In this document: positions 1 through 8,179 of the stretch, one piece after another
How the letters are laid out: every line of letters begins with the position of its first letter
Position numbering within the stretch: position 1 is the first letter of the stretch
Virus record (IMG/VR): IMGVR_UViG_3300032222_000151
Span: 32,001 to 96,000 of that record
Strand: one strand, 5' to 3'
DNA: 64,000 nucleotides
DNA from: a virus
The notes under the pieces: model-generated
What the model was told of the DNA's origin: nothing
Database searches by the model: none
Seen by the model: only the letters and a program-made list of their open reading frames with translations
Position numbers and translations under genes: made by a program

Positions 1-1
1 A

Positions 2-1165
2 GTCCATGTCAAACCATTTAGAGGCGCACTCTTCAAGAACTACTGGAGCAAAAGGTCTAAACAACTCTCTTTGTTTAATTAAATTAACTTTGTCTTTTAT
101 TAATGGATCTCTTGGGTCAGCCAGTATACTTCTATTTCCAAGGGCTCTTGGACCATACTCTGCTCTGCCTGATGCCACTGCTACTATTCCATTTTTTAAT
201 ATACCGTCCACAATTTGCTGAACAGGATACTCTCCTCCAAGATCATAACCAAGATATGGAGTCTTCCAGTCAAGATGCTTTCCGTATAGGGCTGCTGCAG
301 CACCCAAAGAACTACCAGCATCTCCAGGGTTAGGCATGATCCATATCATATCAAATATATTCCATAGCAATGTGTTTGCTGATGAGTTAAGTGCACAACC
401 ACCCATAAATACTAAATTCTTTTTACCAGTAATAGAATAGGCCATATGCATAAAATCATTTAGTCTTTGCTGATATACAACTTGAACTGCTGCAGCAATA
501 TCAAACCTATCTTGCTCAGTTATAGGAATACCCCAGTCATTAATTCCTTTATGAAAGTTATATTTTTGTTTTGAATGGGATGGGAAATACTCATCAACCT
601 CTTTGTAATATCTTTTCCAGTCTCCATAAGCAGCCATACCCATCATAATATACTCTTCTTGGTTCGGCATTAGTCCAATCAGTTGGGTAAAAGCAGAATA
701 GAATAAGCCAAAACTAACTGGATAGTTTTGCTTATACTTAAGCCTAATTTTTTCACCCTCTCCAACCCAAATTGTTGAGGTATTAAATTCACCAATTGCA
801 TCTAATACTACAATACATGCATCATTAAATGCGCTAGTATAGTAACCAGCAGATGCATGCGAGTAGTGGTGCCCAAAGTTTTTTCTTGGCAAGTCTCCAA
901 GTTCTGTAGACTCAAACCATGGTCTATCTCCTCCAAATCCACCACGAGTTTTTACTCTAAGTTTCTTAAGTAAAGGTTTTTCGTAGTAAGCAATCTGATC
1001 TGGATATCCATATTGCAGGGCATCTTTAATCAGTCCTTTGTTTGTGAACCAGTCATTTTTTTGCTTACTATATCTTTCTGCATGCCCAGCAAAAAGTATC
1101 TCTCCATCTTTAATTAAAGATACTGATGCGTCATGTGTGGTTTCATTAACTCCAAGGATTAACAA
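2..1165 (-). CDS. O-carbamoyltransferase, NodU/CmcH/TobZ family (3' end off the window; absent from ORF track)
   Basis: Manual translation from TTG at 1165 gives LILGVNETTHDASVSLIKDGEILFAGHAERYSK, then HYSHASAGYY, GGCALNS, PNPGDAGSSLGAA, GRAEYGPRALGNRSILADP and RPFAP, all canonical family motifs. Confidence 0.93.
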   Translation of the reverse strand, partial: MLILGVNETTHDASVSLIKDGEILFAGHAERYSKQKNDWFTNKGLIKDALQYGYPDQIAYYEKPLLKKLRVKTRGGFGGDRPWFESTELGDLPRKNFGHHYSHASAGYYTSAFNDACIVVLDAIGEFNTSTIWVGEGEKIRLKYKQNYPVSFGLFYSAFTQLIGLMPNQEEYIMMGMAAYGDWKRYYKEVDEYFPSHSKQKYNFHKGINDWGIPITEQDRFDIAAAVQVVYQQRLNDFMHMAYSITGKKNLVFMGGCALNSSANTLLWNIFDMIWIMPNPGDAGSSLGAAAALYGKHLDWKTPYLGYDLGGEYPVQQIVDGILKNGIVAVASGRAEYGPRALGNRSILADPRDPLIKDKVNLIKQRELFRPFAPVVLEECASKWFDMD

Positions 1166-1992
1166 TTTTCTTCCAATTCTGAAACATTTATACCTGCATA
1201 ATTATCAAGATATGTTTTATATGCATGGCAAGACCAGTAGTCGTGGTAGGCTGATCCAAGATGTTTTCCATCTCTTGCAATAAGAGATTCTGACTTATTA
1301 TTTTTTTGATCGTTAACAAAATCTGAAACATTATTTATTTTGGTGTTGCTAAAAGTTTTAAAATTTTCTAAGATATGCACATCGTGACCTAAATACCAAG
1401 TAAAAGATATCAGCAATATATTATTAGAAAGACAGTACTGCTCTAGCATATAGTAGTACTGGTATGCAAGCAACTCTAAAACTTTATTGTCTGAAATGTT
1501 TGATCGATAAAAATTTTTATCTTCTTTGCTATAAGCATAAAACCTTGTAATGTCTTGAACATTAAAAAATATCACATCTGGATTTCCAAAAGTTTTAAAG
1601 TATTTGAATGCATTAGTTATTGATGAATATATAGAGTCCCCTGGAACTGCAAGATTAAAAAATCCAGAAACATCTCTGACTTCTTTTATTTTGTTATATG
1701 TTTTTTTTGACCAAACTTCATCAAGAAATAGCCCAGTGCCCCATGTATAAGAACATCCCAAAAACAAAACATGCAGCCCGTCATGATCTTTTTTAAATTC
1801 TTCAGACCTAAAGCCATATCTATTAATTTCTGTCTTAAGTGTTTGAGCATGATTTTTTTTAAATGTGTCTGACCAAATTTCTGGATTAGGAGATACACTT
1901 GATATTGGCATTTCAAAAAATATACTTTTTTCTAATAAAGCGCTCTGCCCAACACTGTCTGGCTTTATATAAAAGTTTTTTAGTTTATGCAT
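1159..1992 (-). CDS. SGNH/GDSL-hydrolase-like protein
   Basis: FLGCSYTWG (GDS-like block I), NLAVPGDS (block II), DGKHLG (DxxH block V); the ATG at 1992 overlaps the upstream stop (TGATG). Confidence 0.55.
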   Translation of the reverse strand: MHKLKNFYIKPDSVGQSALLEKSIFFEMPISSVSPNPEIWSDTFKKNHAQTLKTEINRYGFRSEEFKKDHDGLHVLFLGCSYTWGTGLFLDEVWSKKTYNKIKEVRDVSGFFNLAVPGDSIYSSITNAFKYFKTFGNPDVIFFNVQDITRFYAYSKEDKNFYRSNISDNKVLELLAYQYYYMLEQYCLSNNILLISFTWYLGHDVHILENFKTFSNTKINNVSDFVNDQKNNKSESLIARDGKHLGSAYHDYWSCHAYKTYLDNYAGINVSELEENC

Positions 1993-2087
1993 CAATATAT
2001 AAACTTCTTCTTCTTAATAATTTTTTTTATTTTTCTTATTATAAAATAATTTTTTATTGATGTATAAATCTTTTTAAATATTCTCAT
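1992..2087 (-). CDS. 31-aa basic micropeptide ending KKKKFIY
   Basis: Manual translation MRIFKKIYTSIKNYFIIRKIKKIIKKKKFIY; it fills the intergenic gap and its stop is coupled (TGATG) to the next start. Confidence 0.5.
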   Translation of the reverse strand: MRIFKKIYTSIKNYFIIRKIKKIIKKKKFIY

Positions 2088-2093
2088 ACCCTG

Positions 2094-3539
2094 CTACCTT
2101 CCATTTATAGCATTGATAATATGATCAGCAAAGTCTTCATAAAACTTTGAACTATTTATGGACAAAAACTTGTTCAGTGATTGATCAAAATTTCCAGAAA
2201 CTGAGTAGTCAATAATAAACTTATCAACCTTTTCTGCATCATGATTTAAGAATAAAGACTCTACAGCCATCATACCCAAAGAATATCCAGCCTGATTTTT
2301 AAAACAAAAGTCTTCATCCTTTTCTATTCTTTTTAATGTATCTACCCACTGTGTTTTTGATAGGTCTCTGTACCCTGGAACAAACTTTGTTAACTGAAGC
2401 ATTTGGCCATTTCGATATGTTAGCATGTTAGAGTATCTGGATGCCATAGCAAATCCAATAAGGTTTGCTTGCCCTTCAACTATCCAGCAATTTGGGTAGC
2501 CATTTTTAAATGTCAAAACTTGATACATGTGAACGGCCTCATGCTCTGCAATCATGTCGTGTTCTTGTGTCCACTGTGATTTTGAGCCAACCATTGTGTA
2601 AAAAATTGGATTCTTTGTGTTAGAGTTTCCATATGAGCATAGAGAAGTAGAAGATATAAAGCACTTTCCACTATCCCACCAAGATGTCCAGTCGTAATCG
2701 TCAATCTCTAAAGACTTTTTGACATACCAAGGCTTTTCATTCTCATTCATAAATACCCATCTGATCTTTTTGCCTGAATCAAAAGAGTAAGAGTTGATTG
2801 CTTTTTCATACTTATTAATAATATATTCAACCTTAGATGAATCCACATCTGGACTCTTAATAACTGTTATAGAAAAATTATTTTTATGGTTATAGTGGTT
2901 TGTTATTTTGCTATAAATTTTTTCTAATGTAGTTGGCTCTTGAACCTTTGTGGTTACTGGAGCAGGAATTGTTGCAATGGTGGTAGGTGTTGGGCTTGGC
3001 TTTCTAAAACTTAAATTAAAGTTTTGATGCCAAACTAAAACGTTGTCCTTATACATGCACAATAATTCGCCCTGAGAGTTTTCTATTCTATCCAAATAAG
3101 AAGGGCATGGCTGCATACTTCTTGGATCTAAGGCTATTCTAAGTTCAGTTGCCTCTTCTAAAGTCATAGGCTTTTTATTTGATGACTCGTCAGGTGTAGG
3201 TGTTGGTGTTGGCACAACTGGCGCAGGTGATGGTGTTGGTGTTGGCGTAGGAACCACTGGCGCAGGTGTAGGTGTAGGTGTTTCTACAGCAGTTGTTTCT
3301 TTTGTTGGAATAGGGCAGCACAAAGGACACTGACAAGACCCAAGAGTTCCTTTTGGCTTAACTGAGTTATCTTTTGTCCAAACAAGTTTACCATTTTTCT
3401 TGTGGCACACATACTGTACACCACTCACCTTTTTTGTTTTGCTATGTGTAAAGCACTTTGATCCCTCAACCTTTGTAGCCCCATAGGATGACGCTGGGAA
3501 AAGCAAAGAAACAAAAACAATAAAAACAACCTTCTTCAT
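2094..3539 (-). CDS. Secreted protein with Pro/Thr linker and gluzincin-like zinc metallopeptidase domain
   Basis: Signal peptide, Cys-pair N-terminal module (KC...YVC..K.GKLVW), PT repeats, HEAVH plus downstream WIVEG. Confidence 0.65.
   Translation of the reverse strand: MKKVVFIVFVSLLFPASSYGATKVEGSKCFTHSKTKKVSGVQYVCHKKNGKLVWTKDNSVKPKGTLGSCQCPLCCPIPTKETTAVETPTPTPAPVVPTPTPTPSPAPVVPTPTPTPDESSNKKPMTLEEATELRIALDPRSMQPCPSYLDRIENSQGELLCMYKDNVLVWHQNFNLSFRKPSPTPTTIATIPAPVTTKVQEPTTLEKIYSKITNHYNHKNNFSITVIKSPDVDSSKVEYIINKYEKAINSYSFDSGKKIRWVFMNENEKPWYVKKSLEIDDYDWTSWWDSGKCFISSTSLCSYGNSNTKNPIFYTMVGSKSQWTQEHDMIAEHEAVHMYQVLTFKNGYPNCWIVEGQANLIGFAMASRYSNMLTYRNGQMLQLTKFVPGYRDLSKTQWVDTLKRIEKDEDFCFKNQAGYSLGMMAVESLFLNHDAEKVDKFIIDYSVSGNFDQSLNKFLSINSSKFYEDFADHIINAINGR
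3193..3281 (-). repeat. Pro-Thr low-complexity linker (TPTPTPAPVVPTPTP duplicated)
   Basis: Visible in DNA and translation. Confidence 0.85.
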
Positions 3540-3724
3540 TAGAACTCCTTTATTTTAAATACTACCTGGCAAGGATCTCCGCCAGACTCCCACTCTTCTT
3601 GCTCTTCATCGCTCATGTATGGATCTCCATCATGTGTATTACAGAATGGCTCTGTAATCCATCCACGATCAATACCATTATTTATCCATATCTCAAACTC
3701 TAAAGAATCATCGTCGCTTATCAT
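3539..3724 (-). CDS. Small acidic hypothetical protein
   Basis: 61-aa ORF with C..HDG and GGDPC; TATAAT lies 6 nt upstream of the ATG. Confidence 0.7.
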   Translation of the reverse strand: MISDDDSLEFEIWINNGIDRGWITEPFCNTHDGDPYMSDEEQEEWESGGDPCQVVFKIKEF

Positions 3725-3739
3725 ATAATAATTATACCT

Positions 3740-4264
3740 TTAAGCACTGATGATGTCAACTGGACCCATGCAGGATGGGTTAAATTTTATTGCAGCATTT
3801 ACTGCTTGGTTAACTCTGTTTCTTGCATTTTTTTGTTTATCTGTTGCATATAGCACACCATAGGCATACTCTGCTCCAGAACCTATTGCAAGATACGGAA
3901 GCATATATTTTGATAGTGACATGTCACCAGTTGAATGTTCGTAGATCTCACCACGAACAGCAATAATTAGCCCTAAGTCTCCATCTTTAGATGTATCAAC
4001 CCAGAACTCATTATAAAATTCTTTAAGTTCTTTAATAAACCTTGTCTGCATAAACTTATCTGTATCTTTAATATTAGGTGGTGTTGGTTTAAAGTTATAA
4101 CGGATTCTTTCTCCGTCCATTGATCCAGCATACCCAATTAAGTATGGGCCAATCTTCCAAACCTTTGGAGCAGTAAGTGCTAGAATAGTCCCATCATCTG
4201 ATGCTCCACGATCTCCAGCCATATAAATCTTATCTTCATGGCGTAAAGCAACAATACAGGTCAT
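3740..4264 (-). CDS. Ntn-hydrolase, proteasome-beta/HslV-like peptidase
   Basis: N-terminal M-T-C-I-V (Thr1 nucleophile), AGD, conserved Lys (PKVW), GYAGS, AIGSG. Confidence 0.8.
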   Translation of the reverse strand: MTCIVALRHEDKIYMAGDRGASDDGTILALTAPKVWKIGPYLIGYAGSMDGERIRYNFKPTPPNIKDTDKFMQTRFIKELKEFYNEFWVDTSKDGDLGLIIAVRGEIYEHSTGDMSLSKYMLPYLAIGSGAEYAYGVLYATDKQKNARNRVNQAVNAAIKFNPSCMGPVDIISA

Positions 4265-4295
4265 GACAAAGCCCTCTCCAGATAGGTGATACTCA

Positions 4296-4325
4296 AGTAT
4301 ACCATTACCCAGAGAGGGCTGTCAA
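4296..4325 (-). promoter_or_regulatory. Sigma70/SigA-type promoter embedded in a long inverted repeat
   Basis: TTGACA (4325-4320), 18-nt spacer ending in TGG, TATACT (4301-4296). Confidence 0.75.
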
Positions 4326-4341
4326 CTACCGTCAATAATGA

Positions 4342-4629
4342 CTAATTAGCCTTTTTGTCTACCGTCTTAAACGCATCATTGATCTCTGCCAATGTGAGTT
4401 TTCCATCGTCCAAAAAAGCCCTTGCCAGTCTTTCAATGACTGTTGCTACTCCTAATAGTCCTGCTAAGAATACTGCCTGTATTGTGTCAATTCCAACCAC
4501 TGCTCCAGCACCAAGTACTGATAGACCAGATGCTGCGAAGACTGCTACGATTCTCATCAAGATATTTGTTATTGCTTTCTGTGGGTGCTCTTTCTTTGGA
4601 GCCTCTACTACCTTTTTTCTAGTCGCCAT
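4342..4629 (-). CDS. Small two-TM membrane protein, holin-like
   Basis: Two hydrophobic segments, charged termini, AGGAGG RBS. Confidence 0.55.
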   Translation of the reverse strand: MATRKKVVEAPKKEHPQKAITNILMRIVAVFAASGLSVLGAGAVVGIDTIQAVFLAGLLGVATVIERLARAFLDDGKLTLAEINDAFKTVDKKAN

Positions 4630-4630
4630 T

Positions 4631-4837
4631 TTAGTCCTCCTTTCTTAGTGGGATTGTAATTAGCCAGACTACTGTGGTTGCAAGTACTGCAATACCAACA
4701 ATGTCTCTTGCTGATCCCGTCAAAGTTAGCCATGCGATGAAGAAGCCAAGGAGAGTAAAGGCTTGTGCAATCACTTCCACCCCTGCATCTTTAAGCCATG
4801 TGAAGAATCCCTTCACAACCTTTTTGATTATTTTCAT
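4631..4837 (-). CDS. Small two-TM membrane protein
   Basis: Basic amphipathic N-terminus plus two hydrophobic helices; GAGGAGG RBS. Confidence 0.65.
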   Translation of the reverse strand: MKIIKKVVKGFFTWLKDAGVEVIAQAFTLLGFFIAWLTLTGSARDIVGIAVLATTVVWLITIPLRKED

Positions 4838-4839
4838 TT

Positions 4840-6927
4840 TTACCTCCTCATCCCAATCATTACATTTGCAATCTGTGAAACAATGATTACTGGGATAATG
4901 ACTTCTTGGGCTTTTTCTCTCTGATCGTCTGTCATGTCCATACCCAACTCAGAAAAATTGGATAGGAGTTCTGTAACATCTACACTGAATACTGCACCCA
5001 GTGGATCTGCTAAGAATGCTTCTGTTTGTACTTCTGTTACTGCATCTGCTAATGTAAATGGCATTGGAGTTTCTCCTGCATCCCCTGCTCTATCTGCGAA
5101 TTCAACAAACGCTTCTGCAAGTGCAGGGTTGTCCTTCATCTGCTCAGCAATCTGTGCAACTTCTGATGCTTTAATACCAAGGTCTCCAGCAATTTCTGCC
5201 TTTGCTTCTTGTGTCAAAGACTTTAGGGTTTGGCTAACTGCTGCTATTTGCTCTGGAGAAAGTGTAACTAACTTATTATCCTTGCTTGTAAGGTTAGCAA
5301 TAACTCCAGATAGATCTTCTGCTGTTCCTGTACCCTTTTCAGGAATGAGTGCAGAAAGTTCTTCATCCTTTATTTCAGGATTCTTCGTTGGCTCTGGTAT
5401 TGGTTCTGGCAATGGTTCTGGAGAAGGCTCAACTGTAGGCTCTGTTTCAGGAGCAGGGGTTGGTTGTGGTTCTGGTGTAGGTTCTGGATCCACTGTTGGC
5501 TCTGGCTTAGACTCTTCTGTAGGTGGTGCTTCTGGAGTAGGTTCTGGGCTTGGAGCAGGGGTAGGTGGTGTCTCTGCTGTAGGCTCAGGTGAAGGTGCTG
5601 GACTTGGTGCTACTGAAGGCTCTGGAGTAGGCTGTGGCTGTGGCATATTTGCAAGGGCAGTAGCAATAGCAGCATTAATTCTTTGCTTCTCTTCAAAATC
5701 CCATTGAGAAATATACTCTTCTTCTGCAGCAGTAATAGCATCATTCATATCCTCAATTGCGTTGTTGTAGTTTTCAATAGCACTATCTTTTGCTGCTAAT
5801 GTTAAAGCAGTGTTCAGTTGTGCAATTTCATATGTCGTTTCTGCTTGATCTTTTTCGTCTTGTGCTAATTCTAAATCATCTTGTAACTCATTTAGTGTTG
5901 CAACCTCTTGGTTATAAACAGATAACTTATCGTTATAAACTGCCAGAGCAGATGTTCTTGCTGCAAGTGCTTCGTTGTAATCATCTATTTGTGACTGAGT
6001 TGCACCTGGTCCTGATGAAAATGTTCCAAGATTACAACTAAACCCTACTCCCCATCCACCAGTGTAGTCGCATCCTGCTCCAGTCCAACCTCCAGGTATT
6101 GCCCATCCAAGATGATATGATCCTGGGCCTCCACCGTTGTACCACCAAATTTCTACATCCAATGTTTTATCTTGGCTTACATCATATACTGGTGAATAGT
6201 TGCTCCATCTTACCCCTTGTTCTACCCAGTTGTTGATTGCAAGTTGTCCGTCAATGAACATTCTAAAACCATCATCTGTGTACCCTGCAAAATAGGTTGA
6301 TGTCCAGTGGTCTGGGACTGTTATCTTTCCAGTAAACTTAACAATAATGTTTTCATATCTACCACATACTGGAAGGTTCATAGAGTTTGAGTTCCAAGTA
6401 CCAGTACATATAACAGAGCCAGGCACTGCCTGACTGCCATTTCTTAAAAGATTGTACACAGTATATTCTAATCCTGGACCTCCAGCAGCCTGCATATTAG
6501 ACTGTGTTGTTTGAAGATTAAGGTTGGCTATGGATAAGACTTCTTGGGCATCATCTTTGTTTGTTAAGGATAAAGCAACTGTGGCTGTTTGTCCATCTAC
6601 TGAGGACTGGGCTAAGGAAAGGTTTGATATTTTTGTGTTGAGGGTTGATAGGGATTCTGCTTCTGTCTCTACTGCTTCATCATATGACTCTTCTGCTGAG
6701 ATTTTGTTATCCCTGGCAGTTACGGCATCATCATACTTCCCCTGTGCCACATCAATAAGGGACACCAACTCAGCACTATCATTAAGGTCTGAGACCTTTT
6801 CATTAAGGGCTTCTATCCTCTGGGCACCTACTGTTATAGGGTCGTCAGAATGAGCCTCTGTAGGGGCTATTAGGAGCCATCCAAAGGCTAATACTGTGGC
6901 TGTTACTATTCTTAATAATTGCTTTAT
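4840..6927 (-). CDS. Secreted/membrane-anchored PA14-domain protein with coiled coils and Pro-Glu linker (probable ATA start)
   Basis: PA14 motifs (FTGKITVP, TDDGFRMFIDG, WYNGGG); frame open upstream of 6768 encodes a signal peptide; hydrophobic C-terminus ending MRR. Confidence 0.75.
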   Translation of the reverse strand: MKQLLRIVTATVLAFGWLLIAPTEAHSDDPITVGAQRIEALNEKVSDLNDSAELVSLIDVAQGKYDDAVTARDNKISAEESYDEAVETEAESLSTLNTKISNLSLAQSSVDGQTATVALSLTNKDDAQEVLSIANLNLQTTQSNMQAAGGPGLEYTVYNLLRNGSQAVPGSVICTGTWNSNSMNLPVCGRYENIIVKFTGKITVPDHWTSTYFAGYTDDGFRMFIDGQLAINNWVEQGVRWSNYSPVYDVSQDKTLDVEIWWYNGGGPGSYHLGWAIPGGWTGAGCDYTGGWGVGFSCNLGTFSSGPGATQSQIDDYNEALAARTSALAVYNDKLSVYNQEVATLNELQDDLELAQDEKDQAETTYEIAQLNTALTLAAKDSAIENYNNAIEDMNDAITAAEEEYISQWDFEEKQRINAAIATALANMPQPQPTPEPSVAPSPAPSPEPTAETPPTPAPSPEPTPEAPPTEESKPEPTVDPEPTPEPQPTPAPETEPTVEPSPEPLPEPIPEPTKNPEIKDEELSALIPEKGTGTAEDLSGVIANLTSKDNKLVTLSPEQIAAVSQTLKSLTQEAKAEIAGDLGIKASEVAQIAEQMKDNPALAEAFVEFADRAGDAGETPMPFTLADAVTEVQTEAFLADPLGAVFSVDVTELLSNFSELGMDMTDDQREKAQEVIIPVIIVSQIANVMIGMRR
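5385..5645 (-). repeat. Pro-Glu-Pro-Thr/Ser low-complexity linker
   Basis: PEPT/PSPEP repeats in the translation. Confidence 0.85.
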
Positions 6928-6965
6928 TTGCCTTCCCCCTCGCAGACCTGATGTCTGATAGGATG

Positions 6966-6974
6966 ATTATACCA
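6966..6974 (-). promoter_or_regulatory. Extended -10 promoter TGgTATAAT
   Basis: Consensus match just downstream of a terminator and upstream of the PA14 gene. Confidence 0.65.
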
Positions 6975-6985
6975 TTTTATTGCAC

Positions 6986-7015
6986 AAAAAAGGGGCTACC
7001 ACAATTGGCAACCCC
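6986..7015 (-). terminator. Rho-independent terminator
   Basis: GGGGTTGCCA-attg-TGGTAGCCCC followed by T6, just after the 7032 stop. Confidence 0.85.
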
Positions 7016-7031
7016 TTTAGTGTTGGATTAA

Positions 7032-8159
7032 TTACTTAAGCAAAGAAACCTTTGCCTTTGGATTCTTCTTGTTCCACTGAAGAGCCAACTTATTGAATGC
7101 AGCCTTCATTGACTTAAGTGCTGCAGCATTGTCTGCAGCCAACTTAGCAATCTGTGCATCCTTAACAGCAAGTGCTGCATCTGAAGCAACCTTTGCATCT
7201 GCTAGTGCCTTTGCTGAAGCAGCCTTTTCTGCTGCAAGTGCAGCATCTGAAACAACCTTAGCAGCAGCAGCATCCGCTGCAGCCTTAACTACTGCAGCAT
7301 CTGCAACAGCCTTAGCAGCAAGTGCTGCATCCTTTGCAGCCTTTTCAGCAGCAAGTTCTGATACTAGATCACGAACTGCAATCTCTGCAAATGGTGCTAG
7401 TGTTGGAGCAGTCAAACCTACTACTGCACCTGCAACTGCATCTGATGATGTTGTTGGAGCAAATGTAATAAGTGATCGTGTTCCTGTTGTTGGAAGAGTT
7501 GCCTTAAAGGTTGCTGTTCCAAAGTCTGAAAGTGTAGCACCAGTTGTTACTGTTGCTGTGTCTAGTACTGCTGTTGCAGCAAATACTGTTGCTGTAATTG
7601 ACTTACCAGATACCTTGTTACCAAATGCATCTGTTGCAGTTACAACGATGTCCTGCTTAGTTCCTGCTGCACCTGCTGAAGGTGCTGAAACTGTTAGGTT
7701 GTTGATCTTACCAGCAGTACCCTGTACATAGTATGTAAGAGTTGTTCCGCCATTGTTGATTACAACGGTACCAATTGCTGTTGTCTTTGTGTATACAAAG
7801 AATGTTGCAGTTGTTCCAGTGCCTGTTGCAATTGTCAAAGATGATGATCCTGACGATGCTCCGACTGGTGCTGCTGATGTGTGTAGTGCAGATACGATTG
7901 TTGCATTAGTTGCTACTGCAGAAACTGATGTTCCTGCTGCTACTGTTGCTACAAAACGCAATGCATCTCCTGCATCAATTGTGTTGTCTGCTGGGACTGG
8001 TAGTGTAGCAGGAGTAGCAATTACACCATTAGTTGTATTTGCTGTTCCATCTAGTGTTACTGCTACCGTCATTACTGTAGCATTTGCAGGTGCTACTGCG
8101 ACCATGCCCAAAGTCATGGCTGCAACCATGGCTAGTGCGATTTTCTTAAATGAGTTCAT
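7032..8159 (-). CDS. Secreted Ala/Thr-rich surface (S-layer-like) protein with Ig-like region and C-terminal coiled coil
   Basis: Actinobacterial-type signal peptide (MNSFKKIALAMVAAMTLG...APANA), Ig-like motif TATDAFGN, Ala/Lys coiled coil, basic C-terminus. Confidence 0.7.
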   Translation of the reverse strand: MNSFKKIALAMVAAMTLGMVAVAPANATVMTVAVTLDGTANTTNGVIATPATLPVPADNTIDAGDALRFVATVAAGTSVSAVATNATIVSALHTSAAPVGASSGSSSLTIATGTGTTATFFVYTKTTAIGTVVINNGGTTLTYYVQGTAGKINNLTVSAPSAGAAGTKQDIVVTATDAFGNKVSGKSITATVFAATAVLDTATVTTGATLSDFGTATFKATLPTTGTRSLITFAPTTSSDAVAGAVVGLTAPTLAPFAEIAVRDLVSELAAEKAAKDAALAAKAVADAAVVKAAADAAAAKVVSDAALAAEKAASAKALADAKVASDAALAVKDAQIAKLAADNAAALKSMKAAFNKLALQWNKKNPKAKVSLLK

Positions 8160-8179
8160 TTAATGTATTCCTTTTCTGT

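Noticed and set aside
4934-8163. Long plus-strand ORFs (4934-5707, 7093-7731, 7753-8163; likewise 37658-38176 and 45636-46292)
   Set aside because: Antisense shadows of codon-biased minus-strand genes, low complexity, no RBS or motifs.
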